62,267 bases of DNA from a virus. A program made the translations under genes and the position numbers. The stretch's first letter is position 1, and every line of letters begins with the position of its first letter. Shown here piece after piece: positions 18,427 to 27,063 of the stretch. Below the pieces are notes generated by a model, which was not told the DNA's origin, searched no databases, and saw nothing but the letters and a program-made list of their open reading frames with translations. The DNA lies in the IMG/VR virus record IMGVR_UViG_3300022902_000004, positions 1 through 62,267 of that record. The stretch is one strand, 5' to 3'.

Positions 18427-18502
18427 TGGTACACGAGACGGGATTCGAACCCGCAACTTCCTGACTGAGAATCAGGTAGACTTCCAGTTGTCCTACTCGT
18501 GC
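18427..18502 (-). tRNA. tRNA-Glu(CUC)
   Basis: CCTGA-TTCTCAG-TCAGG; ACCA. Confidence 0.9.
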
Positions 18503-18508
18503 TCATTT

Positions 18509-18585
18509 TGGCGACCCCGGACGGATTTGAACCGACGATATCCTCTTCGACAGAGAGGCGCATTACCAGACTATGCTACGGAGCC
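18509..18585 (-). tRNA. tRNA-Asp(GUC)
   Basis: CCTCT-CTGTCGA-AGAGG; GCCA. Confidence 0.9.
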
Positions 18586-18590
18586 GTACG

Positions 18591-18679
18591 AAGAGTATTG
18601 AGTGAGAGGGATTTGAACCCCCGACCTCCGGCTGCATCACCGGTGTCCTATCCAGACTAAACCACCACCGCTTACTCTT
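18591..18679 (-). ncRNA. tRNA-like RNA with 6-nt anticodon loop and extended acceptor stem
   Basis: CCGGT-GATGCA-GCCGG; extension AAGAGTA/TACTCTT; no CCA. Confidence 0.5.
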
Positions 18680-18768
18680 CTAATGTTATTGTAAATGTGG
18701 GTCGTTGGCGAGTCCTCGCGACAGCTCTTTCCAGCAACTACCTCATTTTATCTTCGCATGTTTATTTA

Positions 18769-18845
18769 CGGTACACGAGACGGGACTTGAACCCGCACAA
18801 CATCGAGAGTGAAAATCTCGGAGACTACCATTATCCTACTCGTGC
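18769..18845 (-). tRNA. tRNA-Glu(UUC)
   Basis: CGAGA-TTTTCAC-TCTCG. Confidence 0.9.
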
Positions 18846-18875
18846 ATGGGCGCTCTGGGTCGTTGGCACAACATC

Positions 18876-19031
18876 CAACCCCCTTCGTCGATTTGCGGTC
18901 GACCACGCCTGAGACCTTGCGTGAGTATCATCATGTTAACGCGGCGATACCAGGCCGCTGGTTTCCTGGTTTTGATTAGGCCAGATGTCCAGGTCTGCCC
19001 GACTCAGTTAGCCTCCCGTCGAAGAGGGTTG
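18876..19031 (-). ncRNA. Putative structured ncRNA
   Basis: 12-bp terminal stem CAACCCTCTTCG/CGAAGGGGGTTG with internal hairpins; strand inferred from context. Confidence 0.35.
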
Positions 19032-19032
19032 T

Positions 19033-19308
19033 TTATGTATAGAGATCGTAGAAGTCGTCTTCAGCGTCGTAGGCTCCGCCTGAATAAACATTGACATACC
19101 AATTTCGCATCACATCTCTGTCACCGGTGATCCTAATCACTGGCCACCCGCCAGGACCGTTAACATCCACAAGCTCAAATGTCAATTCCTCAGACGTTCC
19201 TTCCAGCTCGTTTATGTCGCCGACCCAATCGACTTCGATACTCATCATTCTGCTTGAACCAATCACTTCGTTTATAAGCTTACGCAACGTACCACGTTTT
19301 ATTTTCAT
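19033..19308 (-). CDS. Leader-family protein
   Basis: MKIKRGTLRKLINE; ATATTTA ~19327-19333. Confidence 0.7.
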   Translation of the reverse strand: MKIKRGTLRKLINEVIGSSRMMSIEVDWVGDINELEGTSEELTFELVDVNGPGGWPVIRITGDRDVMRNWYVNVYSGGAYDAEDDFYDLYT

Positions 19309-19340
19309 TTCATGCCTCGTGACCTATAAATATCCGCCGA

Positions 19341-19676
19341 CTAGAATTGCCACCATCGCTTTGGCGCTTGTTCACCGAAACCTTCAATTGGCGTCAAGCG
19401 AATCCTGCTCCGTTTTGATTCACCAGGAAGTCGTTCATGAATATGATGTCCGTCCCAGCCTTTTTTCTTGAGGGCCTTAATTACACCCCAATAGAAATCA
19501 GGATGCTCGTTTTCGAGGCTGTAAACATCGACGCGGATTTCGTCCACGTCAACGCCAGCGTTTATAGCTTTTGTAAGCTCGATTTCGTAATGAGCCATCG
19601 CTGTCCTGAGTTGCCATTCGAGCAGTTCATCCGTCCTTTTTTTGGTAAAATCTCTTGGTGATGGAAACCCACTCAT
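19341..19676 (-). CDS. Hypothetical protein
   Basis: RBS AAGGAG. Confidence 0.6.
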   Translation of the reverse strand: MSGFPSPRDFTKKRTDELLEWQLRTAMAHYEIELTKAINAGVDVDEIRVDVYSLENEHPDFYWGVIKALKKKGWDGHHIHERLPGESKRSRIRLTPIEGFGEQAPKRWWQF

Positions 19677-19712
19677 TCTAACTCCTTTTGCTGTTGGTAC
19701 TTCTGGTGGGAA

Positions 19713-20561
19713 TTAGCTTATGAAATCCTTCATATATTTCTTTATAAATCTACGAAGTTGCGTGTGACTAATGCCCAATTCTGTCGCCACCGCCGACCGT
19801 GAGCCCCACTTTGTTGTGTCAGTTAGTTTTATTAACTTTTGGCGTTTTATTACTTCACTTTGATGTAATTGCGACCATGATCCTGCAACCTGCCTAATAG
19901 GCTTTGACTTTTTTTGTTTAACTGGCCTAGGTTTCTTTTGCTCATTAACCAGTTTCCCATCACGCTCGAGTATCCATCTAATGATGTGGGCACGTTTATA
20001 GTTGCCTCCACCGGAAAGGCCAACGCTTTTCAAGGCTTTTGAAATAGTTGGTTGATTTAATATCGCGTTTTTGAGTTTTTCATCGCTAACCTTTTTGGTG
20101 TTAGTTCCACGATTTCTTCCTCGCCATGTAGGCGTTTGTGAATGGCAGTTTGGGCACAGCAATCGAATGTTTTCTAATCGATTGTCGGTGTTGTCACCAC
20201 TAATGTGATCCAGCTCCAGGCTTAGCTTTCCTGACATCCATTCGTCAATTCCGCATGTTTGACATTTATATTCTGAATATCCTAATTTGACTAGAACATT
20301 CTTTACATAACCAGTTGAACATGTCGAGTTTTCTATAAAAATTTCTGTATTTGGATCCTTTAGGATTTTTCCTCGGCTCCATGCGCGTTTATTTTTTGAT
20401 GATTCAGGTAATTCTCTATACTTTGGTGTTGCCCCTGAGCAATGGCCTTTATGGGCAGACATCGCATACACGTTTTTATATGTATTTCCACAAATTGGGC
20501 AATCACATGGTATTGATTTTCTTTCCTTTCTCGTTTTTCTCATTGGCACACGCTCCAACAT
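19713..20561 (-). CDS. HNH endonuclease
   Basis: CQTCG..LELDHISGDNTDNRLENIRLLCPNCH; start re-called downstream of tRNA-Leu. Confidence 0.85.
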   Translation of the reverse strand: MLERVPMRKTRKERKSIPCDCPICGNTYKNVYAMSAHKGHCSGATPKYRELPESSKNKRAWSRGKILKDPNTEIFIENSTCSTGYVKNVLVKLGYSEYKCQTCGIDEWMSGKLSLELDHISGDNTDNRLENIRLLCPNCHSQTPTWRGRNRGTNTKKVSDEKLKNAILNQPTISKALKSVGLSGGGNYKRAHIIRWILERDGKLVNEQKKPRPVKQKKSKPIRQVAGSWSQLHQSEVIKRQKLIKLTDTTKWGSRSAVATELGISHTQLRRFIKKYMKDFIS

Positions 20562-20585
20562 ATAAGTATCGTGTTCACCAAATTT

Positions 20586-20672
20586 TAGTACCAGGGACGG
20601 GACTTGCACCCGCATGACCTAGGTCGATGGTTTTTAAGACCATTGTGTATAACTAAATTCCACCACCCTGGC
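20586..20672 (-). tRNA. tRNA-Leu(UAA)
   Basis: ATGGT-CTTAAAA-ACCAT; T-loop TGCAAGT. Confidence 0.85.
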
Positions 20673-20711
20673 AGTTCTGTGGGTTCAAAATTACCATAAT
20701 CGAACTCTATA

Positions 20712-20786
20712 AGGTGGATCCTGACGGACTCGAACCGTCATGGCCGGCATGCAACACCGGAATTCTCCCAATTGAATTAAGGACCC
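20712..20786 (-). tRNA. tRNA-Ala(UGC)
   Basis: Loop GTTGCAT; G3-U70; A73. Confidence 0.9.
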
Positions 20787-21061
20787 GAAATATGCAACGC
20801 GCCGTGCCTAGGTTGCCCATGCGAACATGACCTAAAACCCAGGTGATCTCGTTACATAAAACTATCAGCTTTCGCCGCCGCTAAGCGGGTCAAGTAAGTT
20901 GTGTAATGTGCTGTCACGCTCCGGCCGAAGTTAGACGTTGACCTAGCTGGCATATCAGTGCCAGTGTCACACATGCATTATAAATACTAGAAGAGTTTTG
21001 CATTCTCTTCCTACACAACACCGGCCTGATAATACCGGCTGCGGACCCCAAAATGGGTCCT

Positions 21062-21137
21062 TGGAGGGCAAGGCGGGATTCGAACCCGCAACCGTCTCGT
21101 TAACAGCGAGATGCTCTACCATTGTAGCTACTTACCC
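21062..21137 (-). tRNA. tRNA-Asn(GUU)
   Basis: TCTCG-CTGTTAA-CGAGA; CCA. Confidence 0.9.
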
Positions 21138-21141
21138 GTTT

Positions 21142-21202
21142 CGGCGACATGGAAGGACTTTCACCTTCTGTTCATGGCTCTATAGACCAAAACACATGTC
21201 GC
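21142..21202 (-). ncRNA. ~60-nt D-armless mini-tRNA-like RNA
   Basis: CGACATG/CATGTCG; TGGT-CTATAGA-GCCA; GAAGG-TGAAAGT-CCTTC. Confidence 0.45.
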
Positions 21203-21245
21203 TACGAGAGCAGTTTTACGTCTTGCTCAGGACAATCATCATCAC

Positions 21246-21361
21246 ATTCAATTTTCAAAGAAACCGTTTGGAGCGCTTGACTCCTTGGTTCCAAGGTTTG
21301 CACGCTGTCGTACAACTCCTTATGAATCCATTATACCACGATTTGATGCTCTTTACACTTA
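21246..21361 (-). repeat. 116-bp promoter + hairpin + boxA-like leader, copy 1
   Basis: Near-identical to 28063-28178; TTCTTTGAAAATTGAAT. Confidence 0.8.
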
Positions 21362-21370
21362 TTATGTAAA

Positions 21371-22402
21371 CTAATTTCGGGTTCCTGCCTGAAACTCTTG
21401 AATGTAGTGTGTACGGGCAGCCGAAGCCACCTTCTTCGCAACATTTTTCCACTCAAAGGTCTCAGCCTCTTCAATCTCAACTGCACATTCACGCTGGACG
21501 TCTTGACATACCCACCTGAGGTAGTCGCCGACACTTCGCATGTTTGGCTCGAGACCAAGTTCAGCCAGGTATTCGAAACCTTGCTCCAAGCGTCGGGGTG
21601 TCACAGCAAACTCGAGGAACTCCTGGACGTTGGCAAGCTCTTCTGGCGTTGCCTGTACAGTTTTCTTGCTCTTCTGAGTCTTATGCTTCTCACCTTTCGT
21701 CTTGAAGAACAGGTCGGAGTTACCAAGTTGGTCACCAAGCGGAGTCCAGACTAATCCTTCTCCCATGCCTGCCAGCCCGAACAATGCGCCCCATGGGCAC
21801 AAAACCTCAACAGCTAGCGTCTTCTTCGTTGCCTCTTCTGCTGCCTTTGTGACAGAGTCAAGATCATCGAGGTCGACTTCAAGCTCAGCAGAACCTGCCT
21901 TCAGGATGCTGTAGATACTCACATCTTCGTAGTAGTCATGAAAGTTGAAAACCTCGAGGTAACGAGACTTCTCCCCTTCAGTGACAGCAGCCGCAAAGAT
22001 GACCCACTGTTTTACTGGGAGCTGGTTGATCGCCATTCCTTTTTGAACGCCGTTGCCAATCCACTCACCAAACAATGTCAATGTTGCGTCTTCATGCAGG
22101 TTGTACGCCACCCGAAATTGCTTTTCAAGTCCTCGAATGGATACCTGTACTGCAACATGGTGGACGAATGCAGCGAAACCGTTGTTATCATTTTGAAGTG
22201 ACAACACTGTGTTACGACTCTGAGGCACTAATCCCTCTTTCGTGCACGCGACACCGGCATTTGTTCCATGGAGCTTCACAGTTCCTTTGAACTTCGTCAC
22301 ACCTCGAACTTTGTATCGCTCAGGCACCTCGGGATCCTTGTTAACCTTTCGAACGTACCGAGACACCTGATATAAGGCGTCAACATGTGTATACTTTTTC
22401 AT
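21371..22402 (-). CDS. RNA ligase, Rnl2-like
   Basis: TVKLHGTN, QSRN, FGEWIG, GEGLVW, FKTKGEKH. Confidence 0.75.
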   Translation of the reverse strand: MKKYTHVDALYQVSRYVRKVNKDPEVPERYKVRGVTKFKGTVKLHGTNAGVACTKEGLVPQSRNTVLSLQNDNNGFAAFVHHVAVQVSIRGLEKQFRVAYNLHEDATLTLFGEWIGNGVQKGMAINQLPVKQWVIFAAAVTEGEKSRYLEVFNFHDYYEDVSIYSILKAGSAELEVDLDDLDSVTKAAEEATKKTLAVEVLCPWGALFGLAGMGEGLVWTPLGDQLGNSDLFFKTKGEKHKTQKSKKTVQATPEELANVQEFLEFAVTPRRLEQGFEYLAELGLEPNMRSVGDYLRWVCQDVQRECAVEIEEAETFEWKNVAKKVASAARTHYIQEFQAGTRN

Positions 22403-22444
22403 ATTCTACTTCCTTCCGCCGTGAATTATTGTTTTCCTTTGTTA

Positions 22445-22522
22445 TGGAGCGCCCGGAGGGATTCGAACCCCCGACAAGTTGGGTAGAAACCAACTGCTCT
22501 ATCCAGACTGAGCTACGGACGC
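22445..22522 (-). tRNA. tRNA-Arg(UCU)
   Basis: GTTGG-TTTCTAC-CCAAC; CCA. Confidence 0.9.
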
Positions 22523-22528
22523 GCTGTT

Positions 22529-23041
22529 TTACCGGCGCTCGTTCATCTCATCGGGTTTGATGTATGATGATTTGCGAGCTGCCTGTTGGTTCTTTTCGTG
22601 ATGTTTTGCCCATGCGTCGAAGCGCTCAGCACTAGTGAGATGTGCAGTACGAGCATCGATTGCTTCCTTGCTATACCAATCCCGGTCTTCCGCAACTTCT
22701 CGCTCGCCAAGCAACTCATCTCGCACATCACGTAGATGTGCGAGCTCAAACCCGACATTATGTGGCGATGCGGTGATAGAAGACTCAGAAGAAATCTTGT
22801 TCCCTTCCATCACATCGCCAAACTCTTCGATAGTTCCCCAGATGTTCTTATAACTGTGGTCCTCTCCTGAGATATACTGAATATGAATCCATGGCGCATC
22901 ATACGGTTCTGGTTCCTTGAAAGAAGTGTGGTGCTGCGTGACTGATACGATGTTTGCAATCGGGATCGCCACGTTATTAACCTTGAGGGCACTTTTCGTT
23001 GAGCGCCCAAGAATAAATTGCCCTGATTTCTTCATCATCAT
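22529..23041 (-). CDS. Hypothetical protein
   Basis: RBS AAGGAG. Confidence 0.6.
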   Translation of the reverse strand: MMMKKSGQFILGRSTKSALKVNNVAIPIANIVSVTQHHTSFKEPEPYDAPWIHIQYISGEDHSYKNIWGTIEEFGDVMEGNKISSESSITASPHNVGFELAHLRDVRDELLGEREVAEDRDWYSKEAIDARTAHLTSAERFDAWAKHHEKNQQAARKSSYIKPDEMNERR

Positions 23042-23258
23042 GAGTCACTCCTTTCCTTTTTTAGAATCGCCAAAATCTTACGAACCAAATTTTCTGATGA
23101 TTTGACCGTTTCCATAAGAGCCCAGCATTTATGACAAAGGCCTGAACCTTGCATATGTGCATGATTTTTCTCACATATGCTGCAAAGCGGAGATGCCATG
23201 GTTACTCCTTATGTTGGTATAAATGATTATATCACATGTTTCTGTATGCTGCAGAAAT

Positions 23259-23978
23259 TCAATCTAGGTTTTCAAAGTTTGCGCACGAAGACTCCAAAAA
23301 TTGCTGTAAATCACCCATGCGGAATAGTTGATCTAGATCTTCTTTGAAGGCAATCCCTAACTTTACGTCAAGTTGCCCTTTGATACATTTCATTTTCTTT
23401 TTTGCTGCAGGTGAAAAGTAACCCTTTATTTCGATAAATACGTCGAAATCGTTTAGGTATATATCAGGATGATATCGTCTTGTGATACCATTCTCATATT
23501 TTAGAACATGACCTGACGACCATTGAATTAGCTTATCATTGCAAAATTCTGCGAAAGACTTTTCCCATGTTCCCCTCAAGGTAAATGTTTCGCCATTTAG
23601 ATTTGCTACGTTGAAATATTTTACATGTTGAAAACTTCCAAACCCGGGCTCATTCATTTTATCGGATTGAATTTTGCTTAGTTTTTCTTTTGTTTCTCTT
23701 GAAAGTTTTCTGTTCTGTTTTTGTAACCTTCCTGACAAAAATCCTTTCTTTCTTTTTTCATTCGCCCCAAGCTTGATTGCTTTTATTTCTTCAGGTGACT
23801 TATTTCTAAGCCAGTTTTTCCCATAACATGGGTTTAATTTCCCTTTTCTGGCCCGAAGATAGTCTAACGACACGGCGTTTTTATTGTTTTTGCACCTTAC
23901 TTGGTGTTGACGTTGTGAATTTGCATTTTTACATTGCTTATTGCAAAACTCACACAAAAACTTTTCTTGTTTTTTCAT
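23259..23978 (-). CDS. Zn-finger + PD-(D/E)xK putative homing endonuclease
   Basis: CEFC..H..RC; RGTWE..YHPDIYL..FIEIKG. Confidence 0.8.
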   Translation of the reverse strand: MKKQEKFLCEFCNKQCKNANSQRQHQVRCKNNKNAVSLDYLRARKGKLNPCYGKNWLRNKSPEEIKAIKLGANEKRKKGFLSGRLQKQNRKLSRETKEKLSKIQSDKMNEPGFGSFQHVKYFNVANLNGETFTLRGTWEKSFAEFCNDKLIQWSSGHVLKYENGITRRYHPDIYLNDFDVFIEIKGYFSPAAKKKMKCIKGQLDVKLGIAFKEDLDQLFRMGDLQQFLESSCANFENLD

Positions 23979-24033
23979 AACGCACCTTTATGACTAAGTA
24001 TACCTAGGTTGATGCTCTAACCAAAATATTTCT

Positions 24034-24110
24034 TGGTACGGGTGGAGGGACTTGCACCCACTATCTTCCAGATATAAGCTGGGAGCATTTACTGCTTATG
24101 CTACACCCGC
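24034..24110 (-). tRNA. tRNA-Ile(UAU), copy 2
   Basis: One-nucleotide difference from 10226-10302. Confidence 0.8.
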
Positions 24111-24116
24111 AAACAA

Positions 24117-24193
24117 TGGTAGCCGACCCGGGATTCGAACCCGGAACCTCGTGACCCTAAATCACGTGCCTCTGCCAGTTGGACCAGCCGGCC
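24117..24193 (-). tRNA. tRNA-Leu(UAG) with short variable loop
   Basis: CGTGA-TTTAGGG-TCACG; 5-nt variable loop; ACCA. Confidence 0.75.
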
Positions 24194-24220
24194 ATTTGTT
24201 GTGCAGCTTGTGCTGCGTGT

Positions 24221-24298
24221 TGGTAGCGGAGGATGGATTTGAACCAACGACCTCTTGGGTATGAACCAAGCGAGCTGACCGGACTGCTCTACTCCGCA
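24221..24298 (-). tRNA. tRNA-Met(CAU), initiator-like
   Basis: Loop TTCATAC; 1:72 mismatch; GAGC/GCTC D-stem. Confidence 0.85.
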
Positions 24299-24311
24299 AT
24301 AGTTTGTTTTT

Positions 24312-24782
24312 TTAGAACCCGAATTCGTCTGATGAATTGGTATTCTCAGTATTTTCGATTGCATCCGATGTAATCACATCAGGATACACATCAAGCGCCT
24401 TTGACGTTGCTTCCTGCCTTGAGCCAAATGGGCCATCAACGCTGTTCATTCCTCCAAAGTCTGAGACCATTTCGAAAAACCAGCCCGTAGGAATCGTCAC
24501 AGGACCTTTTTTGTAGTGCTTCGAACCGTCGTATGCCTTTTGAGCCATTTCCGGCGTCACATTGAAAACCCAAAGGTTGTCATCAAACGGCGTCGGGGCA
24601 TCATCACGATCTCGATCATCATAGATCGTTCCAACATGGTAATACTCAGAAACGACGTCGACACCATATTCGTCATATTCAACACTATTTGAAAGGTACC
24701 GCATCTGACGACGTGTCAGTCCTTGCTTTTGTCCAAGCTGCTCTTGGATTATCGCGCGCAATTTTTTCTTGTTAATTCTCAT
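24312..24782 (-). CDS. Leader-family protein
   Basis: MRINKKKLRAIIQE; ATATTTA ~24803-24809. Confidence 0.65.
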   Translation of the reverse strand: MRINKKKLRAIIQEQLGQKQGLTRRQMRYLSNSVEYDEYGVDVVSEYYHVGTIYDDRDRDDAPTPFDDNLWVFNVTPEMAQKAYDGSKHYKKGPVTIPTGWFFEMVSDFGGMNSVDGPFGSRQEATSKALDVYPDVITSDAIENTENTNSSDEFGF

Positions 24783-24852
24783 GGTGTCTCCCGGGCTCAT
24801 ACTAAATATCGGCCCAAACGACCTTACACTTCTATTATACCACGATTGCAAT

Positions 24853-25164
24853 CTATTTACACGTTGCTAACGCTGATTTGATCGCGGCGATGTCCCGAGT
24901 CGCATTTTCAATGATTGACTCATTCGTTTTTCTGTAAATGCCTGACACATATGTTTCCCAATCTTCTGGGCTCATTGTCGTGTCTTGCGCCAATTCAGGT
25001 GACCATCCCGTCGGTAAACGGTGACCATCCAGTGTTATGAATTTCAATGGACCCGATGCCGGCCAGCTTTTCAGGAACACTGTTGGCGAGACGCCTAGGC
25101 GATCGATATCGACCCCGGTGTTCTTTGAAATTTCAGTCAACACAAAATGTTTTTCTACGGCCAT
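24853..25164 (-). CDS. Hypothetical protein
   Basis: RBS AGGAG. Confidence 0.55.
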   Translation of the reverse strand: MAVEKHFVLTEISKNTGVDIDRLGVSPTVFLKSWPASGPLKFITLDGHRLPTGWSPELAQDTTMSPEDWETYVSGIYRKTNESIIENATRDIAAIKSALATCK

Positions 25165-25183
25165 AATCTTCTCCTGTTATTTA

Positions 25184-25270
25184 GGGTCGCCAAGCTCGGA
25201 GTCGAACCGAGACGCTCATTGAAAAGCCCAGCCCCTCAAGCTGGTGGATATGCCATTCTCCTATTAGGCG
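25184..25270 (-). tRNA. tRNA-Leu(GAG)
   Basis: CCAGC-TTGAGGG-GCTGG; acceptor mismatches. Confidence 0.75.
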
Positions 25271-25278
25271 ATGTCTAA

Positions 25279-25441
25279 TCCGGGAAGCAGGATTCGAACC
25301 TGCGAACGGCTTCGCAGCGGCAGGTAATTAGTCTGCTTGCTAATCCGTCACTGATAGCATATGATTGCCCGACGTCAATTATATTGTATAGCAAAAAGTA
25401 TGTTATCTATCAGTTGCCTTAAGCCTCTCAGCCATTCCCGG
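25279..25441 (-). ncRNA. Class II tRNA-like RNA with ~49-nt anticodon insertion and enlarged variable arm
   Basis: CCGGGAA/TTCCCGG; ACTGATAG/CTATCAGT enclosing insert; perfect T-arm. Confidence 0.65.
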
Positions 25442-25498
25442 TCGGAATTGAACTGGCATTTTGGTTCATGCCGGTGATCAATCCCGCGTTTTGTTTAG

Positions 25499-25586
25499 AA
25501 CGGAAAGTGGGATTCGAACCCACGGGGTAGCTAGTATCCCACGATTGTTCATAAATCGTTGCCTTAAGCCTCTCAGCCATTTCCGT
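25499..25586 (-). ncRNA. Class II tRNA-like RNA with 6-bp anticodon stem (paralog of 25279-25441)
   Basis: Identical D-arm TGGCTGAGAGGCTTAAGGCAAC; ACGATT-TATGAAC-AATCGT. Confidence 0.6.
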
Positions 25587-25595
25587 GTTTTGTTG

Positions 25596-25670
25596 TGGTA
25601 CGCCCGGGTGGAGTTGAACCACCGCCTAATCCTTATCAGAGATTTGTACTCACCATTATACTACGGGCGT
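25596..25670 (-). tRNA. tRNA-Ile(GAU)
   Basis: AATCT-CTGATAA-GGATT; ACCA. Confidence 0.9.
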
Positions 25671-26305
25671 GCATCGTAAAGATCAATGTAGTCTTTACTG
25701 TAGTTTTGTGTGACATAATTTATGTATTGCGACATTTCTTTTTTGTACAAGACAGTAATTTCATGTGGAAATGCCTTCAGTTTTTCTTCAAATTGCTTTG
25801 TTTTGTAACCTTTGATTTCTATGTAATGATTATCAATTTTGAAGTCAGGATAGTACTTTCGTGTGAAACCTTTATACTGATACTCAAACCCAGATAAGTT
25901 TCTTTCGAAAGCAATTCCTTTATCAATATGAAAAATGACCCAGGCAAGCTCCCAGCTTGAATCGCACCAATAGCCTTTGTACCATCCGGATTTTCCAACG
26001 CCGGCGCCTTTTCTTGGCCCGCCCGTTTTTCCTTTTAATGAAGTACTAATGTTTTTGCGCCAATTTGAATGTTCTTTGTAATGCTGTCGACAATAACCGG
26101 TCATCGTTTGATGATGAAGTTTTTTATTGCATATCAAGCAATTGCGAATCTTATCCTTGTTGAAGTTGTATGGTCGTCCATCAGGGCCCAAAAAGTTTTT
26201 ATACTGCGCCAAATGTGTTGCTCGACAAGAGTCAGAGCAATATACCGCTGTATCGTATCTTGGGACAAACTTTTTTCCGCAACATTTGCATATATTTTCA
26301 TTCAT
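25661..26305 (-). CDS. Zn-finger + PD-(D/E)xK putative homing endonuclease
   Basis: GWYKGYWCDSSWELAW..YYPDF..YIEIKG, close paralog of 1258-2235; stop codon in tRNA-Ile. Confidence 0.8.
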   Translation of the reverse strand: MNENICKCCGKKFVPRYDTAVYCSDSCRATHLAQYKNFLGPDGRPYNFNKDKIRNCLICNKKLHHQTMTGYCRQHYKEHSNWRKNISTSLKGKTGGPRKGAGVGKSGWYKGYWCDSSWELAWVIFHIDKGIAFERNLSGFEYQYKGFTRKYYPDFKIDNHYIEIKGYKTKQFEEKLKAFPHEITVLYKKEMSQYINYVTQNYSKDYIDLYDARP

Positions 26306-26350
26306 GTTTATAACTATCTGCAAATTCTAAAAGCCATATCAGGCGGAGTA

Positions 26351-26457
26351 AATTAGGTGTGTGAGGGTGCGAGCCTCAGGGCGGCGTATACTTCCTTGTT
26401 CAATACCATATCGATGGTTGGACTCGAACCAACATCCCCACTTATGCACATCTAATT
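26351..26457 (-). ncRNA. Circularly permuted tRNA-like / YrlA-like RNA
   Basis: Terminal stem AATTAG/CTAATT enclosing T-arm, short hairpin, then D-like arm. Confidence 0.45.
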
Positions 26458-26533
26458 GGCTTACAAGGCGGGATTTGAACCCGCGACACCGAAGACCGTC
26501 GCCCTCAGCTCTACCTGACTGATTTACATGTAA
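26457..26533 (-). ncRNA. tRNA-like RNA with non-standard anticodon loop
   Basis: GAGGGC-GACG-GTCTTC arm; normal T-arm; GCCA. Confidence 0.5.
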
Positions 26534-26643
26534 GCAAGCAGTTTTCTGTCAAAATGCTTAGGACTCATCAACCTGTAGACCACCACGTTACCGATGGACC
26601 TGACGCTCGCAGCGCGCCTGTTGCACTTTGCAACTTCCTACAA

Positions 26644-26721
26644 TGGTCTGCGCGGTCGGATTCGAACCGACGACCACTCGAATCCAAATCGAGTATTCTG
26701 ACCAGGCTGAACTACGCACAG
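26644..26721 (-). tRNA. tRNA-Pro(UGG)
   Basis: CTCGA-TTTGGAT-TCGAG; ACCA. Confidence 0.9.
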
Positions 26722-26761
26722 ATATTGAGCAGTTTATTTGACCATACTCAGGTCTCTTTAC

Positions 26762-26837
26762 GGGTCTGGGTAACAGGATTCGAACCTGCATCTCCGTGCC
26801 CCAAACACGGTGCTAGACCAACCTCAGCTATACCCAG
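26762..26837 (-). tRNA. tRNA-Pro(UGG)
   Basis: CCGTG-TTTGGGG-CACGG. Confidence 0.85.
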
Positions 26838-27063
26838 GCAAGACCAGCGCCCCATCCACGCGCTGACCGACGATTTTCATTTATTTGGTAGGGTAACCAG
26901 ACTCTTTGCCCAAATGAAATCTTTCCATTATTGAAGAACCCGCCCCATCATTCGCGGTCCTTACTCTCACAACATATGATTCTTCTCTTTCATCGTATTA
27001 TTTTTGCATCGCTGAAGAATTATTGTGCCTTACCATTGCTCATGGGCTCATCACCCCTGGCGA

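Noticed and set aside
24117-24193. Amber suppressor tRNA or stop-codon recoding
   Set aside because: Anticodon UAG reads CUA (Leu). No CUA, UUA or UCA anticodon was found, and conserved genes are intact in code 11 with TAG used as a stop.
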